Assembly (NCBI GenBank): GCA_965213705.1
Contig: OZ243913.1
Coordinates: forward strand, 3,136,001 to 3,200,000
Direction: 5' to 3'
DNA: 64,000 nucleotides
DNA from: Trueperaceae bacterium
Lineage (GTDB): Bacteria; Deinococcota; Deinococci; Deinococcales; Trueperaceae
Shown: one piece after another, positions 10,995 to 21,433 of the stretch
Position numbering within the stretch: the stretch's first letter is position 1
Layout of the letters: each line of letters opens with the position of its first letter
Program-made: the position numbers and the translations under genes
The notes under the pieces: generated by a model
Seen by the model: only the letters and a program-made list of their open reading frames with translations
Told to the model about the DNA's origin: nothing
The model's database searches: none

Positions 10995-11050
10995 GAGAGT
11001 ACAAAGTAGCACATTCGCCGCCACGGCCCAGGGACAAGTGTCCTACGGTC

Positions 11051-11095
11051 GTAGCCGATAGCTTGTGAAAGGGTCGACCACAAGCTATCGGCTAC
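11051..11095. terminator. Long perfect hairpin downstream of acyl-CoA dehydrogenase
   Basis: GTAGCCGATAGCTTGTG / CACAAGCTATCGGCTAC 17-bp inverted repeat. Confidence 0.6.
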
Positions 11096-11110
11096 AAGCC
11101 GCTTGGCGCT

Positions 11111-12469
11111 TTACACGAACGCGCTGAAGCCCGTAATCGCGCGGCCGACGACGAGGGTGTTGATTTCGTTGGTGCCTTCATAGGAATAGATCGCCTCGGT
11201 GTCACAGAAAAACCTGGCGACGTGGTTCTCGAGCAAAATCCCCTTGCCGCCGAAGATTTCGCGCGCCCGCGCCACCACGTCGCGGCAGCGCGAGGCGGTG
11301 AACACCTTGGCGAGCGAGGCGTGCTCGTCGCGCATTTCGCCCGCGTCTTGCATCCGCGACAAGCGAATGCACAGCTGCTGCATTGCCGTCACGTCGCCGA
11401 GCATACTGACCAAGTGGTTTTGGATGAGTTGAAAGTTGCCGATGGGTTTGCCGAACTGTTCGCGGGTTTGGGCGTATTGAAGCGCTTTTTCGTACGCGCC
11501 CAGCGCCGCCCCGACGCCTTGCCAGGCCACGCCGGCGCGGGTCATGCGCAGCACGTCGGCGGTGGTGCGGAACGAGTTCGCGTTTTGCAGGCGGTGCGTC
11601 TCGGGCACCCGGCACTCAGTCAGCGTGATGTGCCCGTTCTCGACGGCGCGCAGGGCGATTTTGCCCGTGATTTTTTCGACGCTGTAACCGGGCGTGTCGG
11701 TCTCGACGATGAAACCCTTGACCTCGTTGTCGGAAACGTCCCTGGCCCACACGATGACGATGTCGCTGAAGGTGCTGTTGCCTATCCAGTACTTTTCGCC
11801 GTTCAACACCCAAGTGTCGCCGTCGCGCTTACACGTGGTGGTGAGGCCGCCAGCGACGCCCGAGCCGACGTGCGGCTCGGTGAGGCCGAACGCGCCGACG
11901 ACCTCCATGTCCCGCATTTTGGGCAGCCAGTGGGCGCGCTGTTCGTCGCTGCCGCCCACCAAAATCGACAGCATGGCGAGGCCCGAATGCACGCCGAAAA
12001 AGGTCGCGGTCGACACGTCGATGCGGGCCATCTCGAGCGTGGCGATTCCCTCCAACACGGCCGCGTCCGCCGCGCGGCTGCCGTCCGGGTTGTAAAGCTT
12101 GCCGATAAGGTCCAGTTCGCGGAACTTGCCTATAAGCTGTTGCGGAAACTCGTCGCGCGACCAGTAGTCGTTGATGATGGGCTCGACCTCGCGCTCCATG
12201 AACGCGCGCACCTGCAACTGCACCTCGCGCTGCCGTTCGGTGAGGGTGCTGCCGAGCCCGTAAAAGTCGCCGTCGACTTCGGGTAAGTCTTTGGGTTTGC
12301 GCGCTTTGCTCATTTTCATCAGCGCGGCCAACGAGGCCTCGTCGAGCGACGAAACCAGCCCGACGAGTTCGTTCAGGTCGACTTTTTCAGCGAGCTTGCC
12401 GAGCTTGGACAAGTCCATCCCGTTCAGCAGTTTCATCGCGGTGCCCATGTCCTTCATGCCTAGTGCCAT
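11111..12469 (-). CDS. Acyl-CoA dehydrogenase (glutaryl-CoA dehydrogenase-like)
   Basis: [46 protein letters not shown]. Confidence 0.9.
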   Translation of the reverse strand: MALGMKDMGTAMKLLNGMDLSKLGKLAEKVDLNELVGLVSSLDEASLAALMKMSKARKPKDLPEVDGDFYGLGSTLTERQREVQLQVRAFMEREVEPIINDYWSRDEFPQQLIGKFRELDLIGKLYNPDGSRAADAAVLEGIATLEMARIDVSTATFFGVHSGLAMLSILVGGSDEQRAHWLPKMRDMEVVGAFGLTEPHVGSGVAGGLTTTCKRDGDTWVLNGEKYWIGNSTFSDIVIVWARDVSDNEVKGFIVETDTPGYSVEKITGKIALRAVENGHITLTECRVPETHRLQNANSFRTTADVLRMTRAGVAWQGVGAALGAYEKALQYAQTREQFGKPIGNFQLIQNHLVSMLGDVTAMQQLCIRLSRMQDAGEMRDEHASLAKVFTASRCRDVVARAREIFGGKGILLENHVARFFCDTEAIYSYEGTNEINTLVVGRAITGFSAFV

Positions 12470-12499
12470 TGTTGTCTCCGTCCCGAATGAACCGGCGGG

Positions 12500-14401
12500 T
12501 TACAGGTCGACGACCACACCCGCCTCAAGGTCTTCACCCCGACCATAAAGCGCGGCCAGGTAAGCTTTGTAGGTTTCCAACACTTTGCTCCGCTTGACGC
12601 TCATTTTGGGCGTCAGCAGACCGTTCTCCAGGCTCACCTCGCCCAGCACGAGCGCCATGCGTTTGACGTTCGACCAGTGGGGCAGCGAAGCGTTCGCTTC
12701 GGTCACGAGGGTTTTGAAACGCGCTTGCACCGCCCCTTGCTCGAGGGCCGCCACGTCATCACCGCCGGACAGCGAAACGAGCGCCTCCGGGTTGACGAAC
12801 AGCAGCGCCGCGCAGTATTTTTCGCCCTCGCCCACGACCAGCGCGGTGTCGACGAGCGGACTGGCCTCTAACGCTTCCTCCACCGGTTGCGGCATCACGT
12901 ACTTGCCGGTGGAGAGTTTGAACAGGTTTTTGAGGCGGCCGGTGATGCGCAGGTAGCCGTCCGCGGTCATCTCGCCCTGGTCGCCCGTGTGAAACCAGCC
13001 GCCTTCGTCCAAAACTTCGGCGGTTTTTTCGGGGTTTTTATAGTAGCCCTTCATCACGTGGGGGCCGCGGGTGAGGATTTCCTTGTCCTCCCCGAACTTT
13101 ATTTCGACGCCCGCTACCGCCGGGCCGACCGTACCCGCCCGGTTGTGGCCGGGGCGGTTGTAGGCGATGACCGGGCTCGTTTCGGTGAGGCCGTAGCCCT
13201 GTAACACGGTCACGCCCGCTGCGCCGAAGGTGTTGACCAACTCAGCCCGCAACGCCGCCCCGCCGACGATAATCGTGCGAATTTCGCCGCCCAGGGCCTC
13301 GCGCCACTTTGAAAACACGAGCCGGTCGGCCACGCCCAGTTGCAGCGCGTACAGGCCCGTCGGCTCCTGCTCGACGTCGAAGCGGTCGGCAAGCTCCAAC
13401 GACCAGTCGAACAGCCGCCGCTTGACACCCGTCAAACCCTGCCCGGTCGCTACAATACGCTCGAACGCTTTTTCCAGCACGCGCGGCACCGCGGCGAAAA
13501 AGGTCGGCTTGACCTCTTTCAGGTCGTTGCGCAGCGTGTCCGGCGTGCTGAAATAAACCGACGCGCCCGCCCACATCAGGCAGTAGTGGAGCGTGCGCGC
13601 GAAGATGTGCGTCAGCGGCAAAAACGACAGCGCGGTCTCGCCGTGGGGTCCGTACCGGAACTCTTTCAACCCCGTCAGCGCGGCGATGGCGTTGGAGGAT
13701 ATGTTCTCGTGCGTCAACATCACCCCCTTGGGCATTCCGGTGGTGCCCGAGGTGTAAATCAGCGTCGCCACGTCGTCGGCGCGTGTTTGGGTGCGGAGCA
13801 GCTCGAGCCGCTCCGCCACATCCTCTACTTTTTGACCGGTAGCCATCAACTCGTCGAAAGTGTGCAGTTCTACGCCGTCCGGCAAGGCCACGTCGCCCGT
13901 CGGCGTCGCCCACAGCACGACCTTGTTCACGGACGTTGCCGGCAACAGCTTGACAATCTCTGTTAACAAGGTTTCGCTAGAGCACAGCAACACGCGGCTG
14001 TCGGTCTCGTTCAGGATGTGCTTGACCGCCTCGGGCGTGTGGGTCAGGTAGACGGGCACGTCTACCAGGCCTGCCAGCAAACAGGCCATGTCGCCCAAAC
14101 AAAACGACACGTCGCTGTGCGTGTAGAGCGCGACCCGGTCGCCGCGCTGCAAGCCTATCGTGCCCAAACCCAGCGCCACCGCTTCGGCCTGGGCGCGAAA
14201 GTCGCGGCTCGAGAGCGCCGTCCAGCCGTGCCCGAGCCGCTGGTTGAAGGCCGCCGGGTTGTCGTGACGTGCGCAGGCCTCGTCCAACAGCGACACCAGA
14301 GTACGGCCGAGCACGGTCTCACCGCTGTCCGCGGGGGCCGTGTAGACCTGTTGTTGCGGCGGAACCACCTGCGCTGACGAAGTGCCGGGAACCTGGTGCA
14401 T
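12500..14401 (-). CDS. Long-chain fatty acid-CoA ligase
   Basis: YTSGTTGMPKG, QGYGLTETSP, WFHTGD, RITGRLK; start taken at MHQVP. Confidence 0.9.
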   Translation of the reverse strand: MHQVPGTSSAQVVPPQQQVYTAPADSGETVLGRTLVSLLDEACARHDNPAAFNQRLGHGWTALSSRDFRAQAEAVALGLGTIGLQRGDRVALYTHSDVSFCLGDMACLLAGLVDVPVYLTHTPEAVKHILNETDSRVLLCSSETLLTEIVKLLPATSVNKVVLWATPTGDVALPDGVELHTFDELMATGQKVEDVAERLELLRTQTRADDVATLIYTSGTTGMPKGVMLTHENISSNAIAALTGLKEFRYGPHGETALSFLPLTHIFARTLHYCLMWAGASVYFSTPDTLRNDLKEVKPTFFAAVPRVLEKAFERIVATGQGLTGVKRRLFDWSLELADRFDVEQEPTGLYALQLGVADRLVFSKWREALGGEIRTIIVGGAALRAELVNTFGAAGVTVLQGYGLTETSPVIAYNRPGHNRAGTVGPAVAGVEIKFGEDKEILTRGPHVMKGYYKNPEKTAEVLDEGGWFHTGDQGEMTADGYLRITGRLKNLFKLSTGKYVMPQPVEEALEASPLVDTALVVGEGEKYCAALLFVNPEALVSLSGGDDVAALEQGAVQARFKTLVTEANASLPHWSNVKRMALVLGEVSLENGLLTPKMSVKRSKVLETYKAYLAALYGRGEDLEAGVVVDL

Positions 14402-14572
14402 GTGCGACTCCTTGAAGCGACGAAGACTTGAGACGAAATTTTGTACCGAGTACAAGTTTAGCACGAGTCCCACCGGCTCGCTAGGACAAAGATACAAAAA
14501 GGCCCGGCAAAAACAGCTCGAGGTTGGAACGCGGTGCTGAAACCGAGGCACCGGCTGAAAAGTGCGACCCGG

Positions 14573-15841
14573 TTACCGGCTCCAGAAAGCCATGTCCCCT
14601 TCCGCAACCGGCGTGACGGTGCCGTCCAACCCGACAACCACCACGCGCAAGGTCGGAATTTCTAAGTCGATGGCGGGCAGCACGAGGGCGTCGCTCTCGG
14701 GCGACCACAAACTGTGGCTGAGGGCGTACTGGTCGAAAAACGGCAAAAACTGCGCCACGAACTGCGGGCTCGGCGCAAAGCTCGTCAGCAGGCGTTCACT
14801 CTTCGTCACAACGTCGACGACGTAGACGTCCAGCAAGAGGGGACGGCCCTGCGCGCGTTGCGCGACCATTTCCGCGCTCGGCGCAGGTTCGGCGAGGTCG
14901 CCGCCCGTGGTGCGGCGGGGCGTGAAATAAGCGATACGGGCGCCGTCCGGCGACCAGAAAAAAGCGACCGCCGGTTTCTCGGTCAACGGCTCGAGCAGGC
15001 CCGACTCGGCACTCAACAGCTTGAGGGGTCCTGCCGAGGTCGGCGCCGCCTCGGTAGGACTTATAAACGCCAACTCGTCCCGAACGGGGCTCCAGGTCAG
15101 CGCGGCGAAGCCCTGGTGGGTGGCCTCCCGCCTGACGTCCAGGCTCGAGCCCGGTTTGCCTTCGACGACGACGTAGGTGTCCCGGTTGGGCTCCGCCGCA
15201 GCGTAGGCCACGTAGCGCCCGCTGGGCGAAAGACCGGGAGCTTGAAAGCGTCCCGGCGTGGCTAGGTTGGTGCCCAACGTGTCGCGCACCCGACTCGTAA
15301 AACCGAGCCGAGCGGTCTCGCCGAAAGCGTTCGCGTGGATGAACAAACCTTGTCCGTCACCTGTCCACTGCCAGTAAAAAGGCGACCCCGTCGCCAAAAG
15401 TCGGCTTTGGACGGTGCCGCTTACCCCCGCGACGTGCATACCGATACCCTCTCCGGGCCTGCTCGCCAGAAAACCGAGGGTCTCGCCGTCCGGAGCCCAG
15501 TAAAGGTAAAAGGGGGGTTCGTCCGAGCTGCGGTAAAGCTCCGCAGCTTCTTCGTTGGCAGCGTCCTCTAAAAGGCTTATAAAACCGCCCCCGGCGTCCG
15601 CGCCGAGCACCGCCAGCCGAGACCCGTCCGGCGACCAGGCCGGAAACTGAAAGCGTTGCGGCCCCGAACTCAGGACGCGGGTATCGGAGCCGTCGGGTGC
15701 GACCGTCGCCACCTGACCCTCCAAGGTGACGTAAGCGATGCGACCCGCCGTTTGCGAAGGCGCTTGCGAGAAAGCGGGCTGCCCGTGCCCGACCAACAGG
15801 AGAACAAGCCCGGTCAACAGGGGTCGTGCAAACATTTTCAT
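14573..15841 (-). CDS. Secreted TolB-like beta-propeller (PD40 repeats)
   Basis: Signal peptide; repeated WSPDG/WAPDG/SPSG motifs. Confidence 0.75.
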   Translation of the reverse strand: MKMFARPLLTGLVLLLVGHGQPAFSQAPSQTAGRIAYVTLEGQVATVAPDGSDTRVLSSGPQRFQFPAWSPDGSRLAVLGADAGGGFISLLEDAANEEAAELYRSSDEPPFYLYWAPDGETLGFLASRPGEGIGMHVAGVSGTVQSRLLATGSPFYWQWTGDGQGLFIHANAFGETARLGFTSRVRDTLGTNLATPGRFQAPGLSPSGRYVAYAAAEPNRDTYVVVEGKPGSSLDVRREATHQGFAALTWSPVRDELAFISPTEAAPTSAGPLKLLSAESGLLEPLTEKPAVAFFWSPDGARIAYFTPRRTTGGDLAEPAPSAEMVAQRAQGRPLLLDVYVVDVVTKSERLLTSFAPSPQFVAQFLPFFDQYALSHSLWSPESDALVLPAIDLEIPTLRVVVVGLDGTVTPVAEGDMAFWSR

Positions 15842-16070
15842 ACGTTCAGTGTAGCAGGGCCGGCCGTACAAAAGAGCGTTGCGTTTCGCGCTGGGGGCCT
15901 GTTTGGTCGGGAATTTGCGTATAACCGGTTTTGAAAGCGTTTGTAACAAATATCAGTGTAACAAACGTCAGCTTCAACGCGCTCGACACGCGTTTCGGCA
16001 CAGTCGTCTTGACAGCGTCTCGACAGACGCTTGGGCCTCGGTACGTTTTTAGACTCGGGTGAGTCCCTGG

Positions 16071-16442
16071 TCAGCCCCGTCCCGCCGGCTTTTGTTGACT
16101 GCCCCGCTCGGTTTTGGCAGCCTTCTCGGCGAACTCTCGGGCAAAAATCTTGATGTCGGCCATGAGCGAGGTGTTGTTCGTCGCCGTTTTGTAGGTGTCG
16201 GCCATCGACAGCAGGGTTTGAAAAAAGAAGTCGTTCATGTCTTCGACGCTCATGTCTTGGGTCCACAAGTCGATGCGAAGGCTGTTCCGAGCCTGGGGGT
16301 CCCAAAGGGCCAGGATCATCGCTTTGGCCGTTTGCACGCCCGGCTCGGGCGCGTCGTCGGCTTCCCACTCAATAGCGGTGACGCCCTCGTCGTTCATGTT
16401 TACAGCCAGACGTATTTCGCTCGTTTTCGTCACGGTTTTCAT
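16071..16442 (-). CDS. gldC: GldC family protein
   Basis: SEI...V..., I.W.A.D, KAM.L..WD, LRIDLWT.DM.V..M..FF.QTL.SMADTY..AT pattern recalled for GldC. Confidence 0.75.
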   Translation of the reverse strand: MKTVTKTSEIRLAVNMNDEGVTAIEWEADDAPEPGVQTAKAMILALWDPQARNSLRIDLWTQDMSVEDMNDFFFQTLLSMADTYKTATNNTSLMADIKIFAREFAEKAAKTERGSQQKPAGRG

Positions 16443-16652
16443 AGACCCCAGTTTACCGCTCGAGGACGAAAAGCGAGTCGTGCCGGTCGCCGCACGAACC
16501 CAAACTCCAACTCACCGTCGGTGTAAAGAACGTGGAAACGAAGTGTCAAAGCTATAGCGAGCTTTGAACACAAACTGTGCTGACGTTTCAACCCAAAATG
16601 GGGGCAAAATGATTATCAGTAAATAAATATTTATCGTTTTGCACATTTGTAC

Positions 16653-16681
16653 TTGACAGTTGGCACAGCGCAACATATCCT
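16653..16681 (+). promoter_or_regulatory. sigma70-type promoter for amt-glnK
   Basis: TTGACA-17 nt-TATCCT in an AT-rich intergenic region. Confidence 0.6.
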
Positions 16682-16729
16682 GTGACTCAGGTCGCTCTTT
16701 TGATTGAGTGGCTTCCCCAGGAGGCAAAA

Positions 16730-18004
16730 ATGAGGAAACGTTTGAGTGCGCTGTTGTTACTTTCGGTTTTGAGTGTCGGCTTGGGTCAGGCGGAAAACAT
16801 TGCCGAGCTCGAGTTCGCCTTCAACACGGTGGCTCTGCTGTTTTTCGCCGTACTCGTCGCACTTATGCAACCGGGTTTCGCCCTTTTAGAGGCGGGCCTA
16901 CACGGCGCTAAAAACGTCGTCAACATCTTTATGAAAAACATCGCCGACTTTGCCGTCGCGGGTCTGGCTTTTTGGGCGGTGGGTTTTACCATCATGTACG
17001 GCGCACCCTTGTTCATCAGCGGCTACACGGCGGAGGCTTTCGCCGGCCAAGCCGACTTTTTCTTTCAGCTCGTTTTTGCCGCCACAGCCGCGACCATCGT
17101 CTCGGGTGCGGTCGGCGGTCGCATGAAGTTTTCGGCCTACCTCGTCTTTTCAATTGTCATGACCGGGCTTATTTATCCGTACCTGGGTTCGTGGAAGTGG
17201 GGCGGCGGCTGGCTCGACGGGTTGGGCTTCGCCGACTTTGCGGGTTCTTCCGTCGTCCACGCGGTCGGGGGTTTTGCCGCGTTGGGTGCGGTTTTGGCGG
17301 TTGGCCCGCGTTTGGGTCGCTACGCGGGCGGCCGGGTCAACGCGATGCCGGGGCACAATATGGCCTTGGCCGGACTGGGCGTGTTTTTGCTGTGGATAGG
17401 CTGGTTCGGCTTCAACCCGGGTTCGCAACTCGCCTTTGGAACCACGGCCGACGCCACTATGGTCGCCAACATTTTTGTCAATACAAACCTCGCCGCCTCC
17501 GCGGGCGGCGTGGCGGCGCTGTTCTTGTCCTGGCTGATGTTCAAAAAGCCCGACTTCTCCATGACCATCAACGGCGTGCTGGCAGGGCTCGTCTCCATCA
17601 CGGCAGGTTGTGACGTCATCGTCGGCGGCAGCGCGGTGTTGGCAGGGCTTATCGGCGGCGTGCTGGTCGTTTTCAGCGTGCTTTTCTTTGACCGCGTCCG
17701 CGTCGACGACCCGGTGGGCGCGATTTCGGTCCACGGGGTTTGCGGCATTTGGGGCACCCTGGCCGTCGGTATCTTTGGCGGGGCCAACCTGGGCACCCAA
17801 CTTATCGGCACCTTGGCGTACAGCGGCGCGGCGTTTGCGGCAGGGTACCTCGTGTTCATGTTGCTCAAGTTCACGGTCGGCTTGCGCGTCACCGCCGAAG
17901 AGGAAATCACCGGCCTCGATTTGGCCGAACACGGCATCGAAGGTTACGCGCCCGACAACGCCCTGCGCAACCCCGTTGTGCTGAGCACCGCGGCGGGCGA
18001 CTGA
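16730..18004 (+). CDS. amt: Ammonium transporter
   Basis: MQPGFALLEAG, FFFQLVFAATAATIVSG, DFAGSSVVH, GWFGFNPGS, DDPVGAISVHG. Confidence 0.95.
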   Translation: MRKRLSALLLLSVLSVGLGQAENIAELEFAFNTVALLFFAVLVALMQPGFALLEAGLHGAKNVVNIFMKNIADFAVAGLAFWAVGFTIMYGAPLFISGYTAEAFAGQADFFFQLVFAATAATIVSGAVGGRMKFSAYLVFSIVMTGLIYPYLGSWKWGGGWLDGLGFADFAGSSVVHAVGGFAALGAVLAVGPRLGRYAGGRVNAMPGHNMALAGLGVFLLWIGWFGFNPGSQLAFGTTADATMVANIFVNTNLAASAGGVAALFLSWLMFKKPDFSMTINGVLAGLVSITAGCDVIVGGSAVLAGLIGGVLVVFSVLFFDRVRVDDPVGAISVHGVCGIWGTLAVGIFGGANLGTQLIGTLAYSGAAFAAGYLVFMLLKFTVGLRVTAEEEITGLDLAEHGIEGYAPDNALRNPVVLSTAAGD

Positions 18005-18047
18005 TGACCCTTTACTCGACCCCGTCGACGGGGTTTTCGGAGACTTT

Positions 18048-18401
18048 ATGAAGCTGATTACCGCCCTCATCCGACCCAACCGGTTGCCCCAAGTGAAAGA
18101 GGCGCTTTTCAAAGCTGGCGTCCGCGGTATTACGATTTCGCGTGTGAGCGGTCACGGCGGCCAGGGCGGTATTGTCGAGCAGTACCGCGGCAGTCAGTTC
18201 ATCGTCGAGTTTCACGAGAAAGTGCAACTCACCATCGGGGTGAGCGACGGCTTTGTCGAGACGACCGTCGACGCGATTGTCAAGGCGGCGCGAACCGGCG
18301 AAATCGGCGACGGCAAAATTTTTGTGCAACCCCTGGAAAGCGTCGTCAGGATTCGTACCGGCGAACGTGATACCGAAGCGCTGACGCCGGTCGGCGCCTA
18401 A
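18048..18401 (+). CDS. glnK: P-II nitrogen regulatory protein
   Basis: MKLITALIRP, EQYRG, ARTGEIGDGKIFV, RIRTGE; directly downstream of amt. Confidence 0.92.
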   Translation: MKLITALIRPNRLPQVKEALFKAGVRGITISRVSGHGGQGGIVEQYRGSQFIVEFHEKVQLTIGVSDGFVETTVDAIVKAARTGEIGDGKIFVQPLESVVRIRTGERDTEALTPVGA

Positions 18402-18569
18402 CCGGGGCTCGCCGAGACGTCGTCTGGTGGGGGCGGGTTTGGCCGCCCCTACGGCGTGGTGATACGGCATGGTGAAGAAACGATGCCAACGATGCTGTAC
18501 CAGGGATGCCCGTACTACAAGGTTACCCGTATTGAGGGTGCTGTGGTCGAGACGAGTTCGCTTGGGTCT

Positions 18570-19745
18570 TCACCCCAACAGTGCGGCCCGCAACGCCGCC
18601 AGGTCGGCGGCGTCGTTGTAGACGTTCGGCGCGACCCGGACCGCGTCGCCGCGCACGGAGACGTAAACGCGCTCCGCCTCGAGCCGCCGCTTGAGAGTGT
18701 CCAGTGCGACCCCTTCCGGCAAACGCAACCCGAACAGGTGTCGGGCCGAATAAGTTTCCGCCTCGAGCCGGTAGCCGTAAGCCTGCACCTCTTGAAGCGT
18801 GTCCTGTACCAACTCGCGGCAGTAAGCCTGTACCCGCTCGGGCCGCCGCTCTAAAAGCTGCTCCAGGGCCGCGTTCACCATCGGCAACAGGATGGGGTTG
18901 CTGCGCTCGCCCATGTCGAAGCGAACCGCGCCGGGCGCGTAGGCGTCTTGGTAGTCCACCAAACGGCTGAAATCCTCGCTACCGCGCCGCGTCAGCCAGT
19001 TGTCCTCCAACGGCAGGGCGTTGTCAAAACGGGGGCCGTAGTAGGCGAAACCCAGTCCGTAAGGCCCCATCAGCGTTTTGTACCCGGCTACGAGGAGCGC
19101 GTCGGGTTGCCACGCCGCCACGTCGAAAGGCAGCGCGCCGACCGACTGAGTCGCGTCGACGACGAACCATGCCCCGACCTCACGGGCTCGAGCGCCGAGC
19201 GCCGCTAAGTCGAACAGCGTGCCGTCGGTCCAGTGGGCGTGCTCGACGGCGACGAGGGCGGTGCTGGCGTCTATAGCGGCGAGCAAGCGCTCGTTCCAAA
19301 GAGCGCCGCGGTTTGCGCCCGCGGGCGGCGCGACGGTGCGCACCTCCGCACCGTGCTCGGCGAACCTGCGCCAGGCGTAGACGTTGCTGGGAAACTGTTC
19401 AGCCGGCACGACGATGTTTTGCCCGGCCTGTACCGAGACGTTTTTGGCGACGGTGGCGACTCCGTAGGATACCGCCGGAGTGATAGCGACGCGGTCAGCG
19501 TCGGCGTTGACCAGACGCGCAAACAAGCTGCGCGCACGCTCGCTCTCGGGAAAAAAAGTTTCAGGAGGAAGGTTGACGGGGTTACTTTTGCGCGCCACGC
19601 CCTGCAAGCCTGCGGCCTCGACCGCTCTGGACAAGGGCGACATGTAAGCGCAGTTGAGGTAGTGAACGTCCGCAGGCAAAGAAAACTCGGACTTTTGACA
19701 ACTTAAGGGTTCGGCGGTGGGGGCTTGCAAACTATTCACGCTCAT
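18570..19745 (-). CDS. Class V PLP-dependent aminotransferase (cysteine desulfurase-like)
   Basis: YLNCAYMSP, QFPSN..W, VDATQSVGA, GYKTLMGPYG. Confidence 0.85.
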   Translation of the reverse strand: MSVNSLQAPTAEPLSCQKSEFSLPADVHYLNCAYMSPLSRAVEAAGLQGVARKSNPVNLPPETFFPESERARSLFARLVNADADRVAITPAVSYGVATVAKNVSVQAGQNIVVPAEQFPSNVYAWRRFAEHGAEVRTVAPPAGANRGALWNERLLAAIDASTALVAVEHAHWTDGTLFDLAALGARAREVGAWFVVDATQSVGALPFDVAAWQPDALLVAGYKTLMGPYGLGFAYYGPRFDNALPLEDNWLTRRGSEDFSRLVDYQDAYAPGAVRFDMGERSNPILLPMVNAALEQLLERRPERVQAYCRELVQDTLQEVQAYGYRLEAETYSARHLFGLRLPEGVALDTLKRRLEAERVYVSVRGDAVRVAPNVYNDAADLAALRAALLG

Positions 19746-19820
19746 ATACAGCAAGTTTAAGACATCGGGCTCATCAGGTAAAGTGCAGCCGTGACGCGTT
19801 CAGGGGCAGGTTCGTCCCGG

Positions 19821-21212
19821 TCAACCGCTGTCCTCGCGCCCGTTTTGGGCCGCCCAAGCCGCGTAGCTTCCTTCAAGCTCGACAACGTTGTCAAAACCCG
19901 CCGCGCGCAGGGCGCTGCCTACCACCGTCGCCCGCGCGCCGCTTTGGCAGTGCAGCACGATGGGGATGTTCTCGGGCAGGCGTGTCCGCTCGGCCAGCAC
20001 CCGGCCCGCGTGAAGTTGCGTCGCGCCCGGCAGGTGACCGTCTTGATACTCGGAGGTGGTGCGTACGTCCAAGATAAAGGGACCGTTCAAGCGTTTGAGG
20101 TCGTCGGGGGAAAGGGTGGGAACGGGCTCGAGCCGCAAGCCGTCCAAACTTGTCACAAACCCGGTGACCCCGTCCATCCCAATGCGGCTCAGTTTGGCGC
20201 GCAGCGCCTCGGCCTGCGCACGGTCTTTTGCCAGGACGACCACGGGACGCTCGTCTTCCGGGTCCAAGACGTACGCGGCGTAAGTGGCAAATTTACCGCC
20301 CGCCGGGACGTGGAGCGAGCCCGGCACCGAGGCCGCCAAAAAGGCCTCTCTGGGCCGCGTGTCGACCAAAACGAGGTCGTGGTGGGGCTCGAGGCGGTCG
20401 GGACTTAGCTCCTCGAGCGCCGACCGCTCCCCCAAAAGCGCCGGCCCCGCGCGGTTTTGCCGCTTCATACGGCCGAAGTAACGCGGCGCGTCGGGTTGAC
20501 CGCCCAGCAACTCGCGCACGAAACCGGCTTCGTCATCCGAAGCAAAAAACTTAGCCCACCAAGCAAAACGCCGCTCGTAGCCGACCGTGCTGCTCGCCAC
20601 CGCGCCCAGCGCTTTGCCGCAAGCGCTGCCCGCCCCGTGACCCGGCCACACCTGCACGTAGTCGGGTAGAGTCAGAAACTTGGTTTGCAAGCTTGTAAAA
20701 AGCCCCCTCGCCCCCTCCTGACGTGTGTCAGCGCCGCCCGCCACCTCGTCCAGCAAGTCGGGGCGGCCCACGTCGCCGACGAACACGAAGTCACCGCTGA
20801 ACAAAAAGCCAGGCTTGTCGGTCGTCGCCCCGTCGGTCAAGAGAAAGGACAAATGTTCCGGCGTGTGGCCGGGCGTGTGCAGCGCGGTTACCTTGAGGTT
20901 GCCCAGTTCGAACACATCGCCGTCGCCGAGCTTGACGTCGCCAAAAGCGTAGCGCCAGTCGCTGCCCCCCTCGCCGGAAACGTAAAGCGTCGCGCCGGTC
21001 CTGGCAGCGAGTTCCGCAGAGCCCGACAAGTAGTCGGCGTGAATGTGCGTTTCGGTCACCTTGACGATGCGCAAACCCTGCCGCGCCGCTTCGTCCAGGT
21101 ACACCGCAACGTCGCGACGCGGGTCGACGACTAGGGCTTCGCCACTCGCCTGACAAGCGACGAAGTAACTCGCTTGGGCCAAGTCGTCGTCGTAAATCCG
21201 TTTTAGAAGCAT
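19821..21212 (-). CDS. MBL-fold persulfide dioxygenase-rhodanese fusion (CstB-like)
   Basis: ETHIHADYLSG, HTPGHTPEH, PGHGAGSACGK, two rhodanese domains with C-terminal HCQSGAR. Confidence 0.85.
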   Translation of the reverse strand: MLLKRIYDDDLAQASYFVACQASGEALVVDPRRDVAVYLDEAARQGLRIVKVTETHIHADYLSGSAELAARTGATLYVSGEGGSDWRYAFGDVKLGDGDVFELGNLKVTALHTPGHTPEHLSFLLTDGATTDKPGFLFSGDFVFVGDVGRPDLLDEVAGGADTRQEGARGLFTSLQTKFLTLPDYVQVWPGHGAGSACGKALGAVASSTVGYERRFAWWAKFFASDDEAGFVRELLGGQPDAPRYFGRMKRQNRAGPALLGERSALEELSPDRLEPHHDLVLVDTRPREAFLAASVPGSLHVPAGGKFATYAAYVLDPEDERPVVVLAKDRAQAEALRAKLSRIGMDGVTGFVTSLDGLRLEPVPTLSPDDLKRLNGPFILDVRTTSEYQDGHLPGATQLHAGRVLAERTRLPENIPIVLHCQSGARATVVGSALRAAGFDNVVELEGSYAAWAAQNGREDSG

Positions 21213-21223
21213 CTCTGTCTCCA

Positions 21224-21392
21224 AGCTGTTGTGTCTCTGAGCTGCTGTGTCTCTGAGCTGCTGTGTCTCTGAGCTGTCGTGTCTCCGGGCTGAGGTGTTT
21301 TCCGGGCCGCGGTGTTTCCGAAATTGCGGCGTTTCCGGAGTGGTGCGTTTCCGGACTGGTGTGTCCACAGACCTGTTGGGTTTCCAGACTAC
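21224..21392. repeat. Degenerate 16-17 bp tandem repeat, about 10 units (AGCTGCTGTGTCTCTG type)
   Basis: Three near-identical units followed by progressively diverged units ending in TTTCCG. Confidence 0.75.
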
Positions 21393-21433
21393 TATCAAAA
21401 GGTTTCTTCAAACAACCGGGGCGGCGGCTGGGG

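Noticed and set aside
16660..16676. Sigma54 promoter (TGGCAC) upstream of amt
   Set aside because: The -12 TTGC element is missing at the required spacing; a sigma70 promoter fits better.
21224..21392. Possible CRISPR array
   Set aside because: Units are adjacent 16-mers with no unique spacers, and no cas genes are present.
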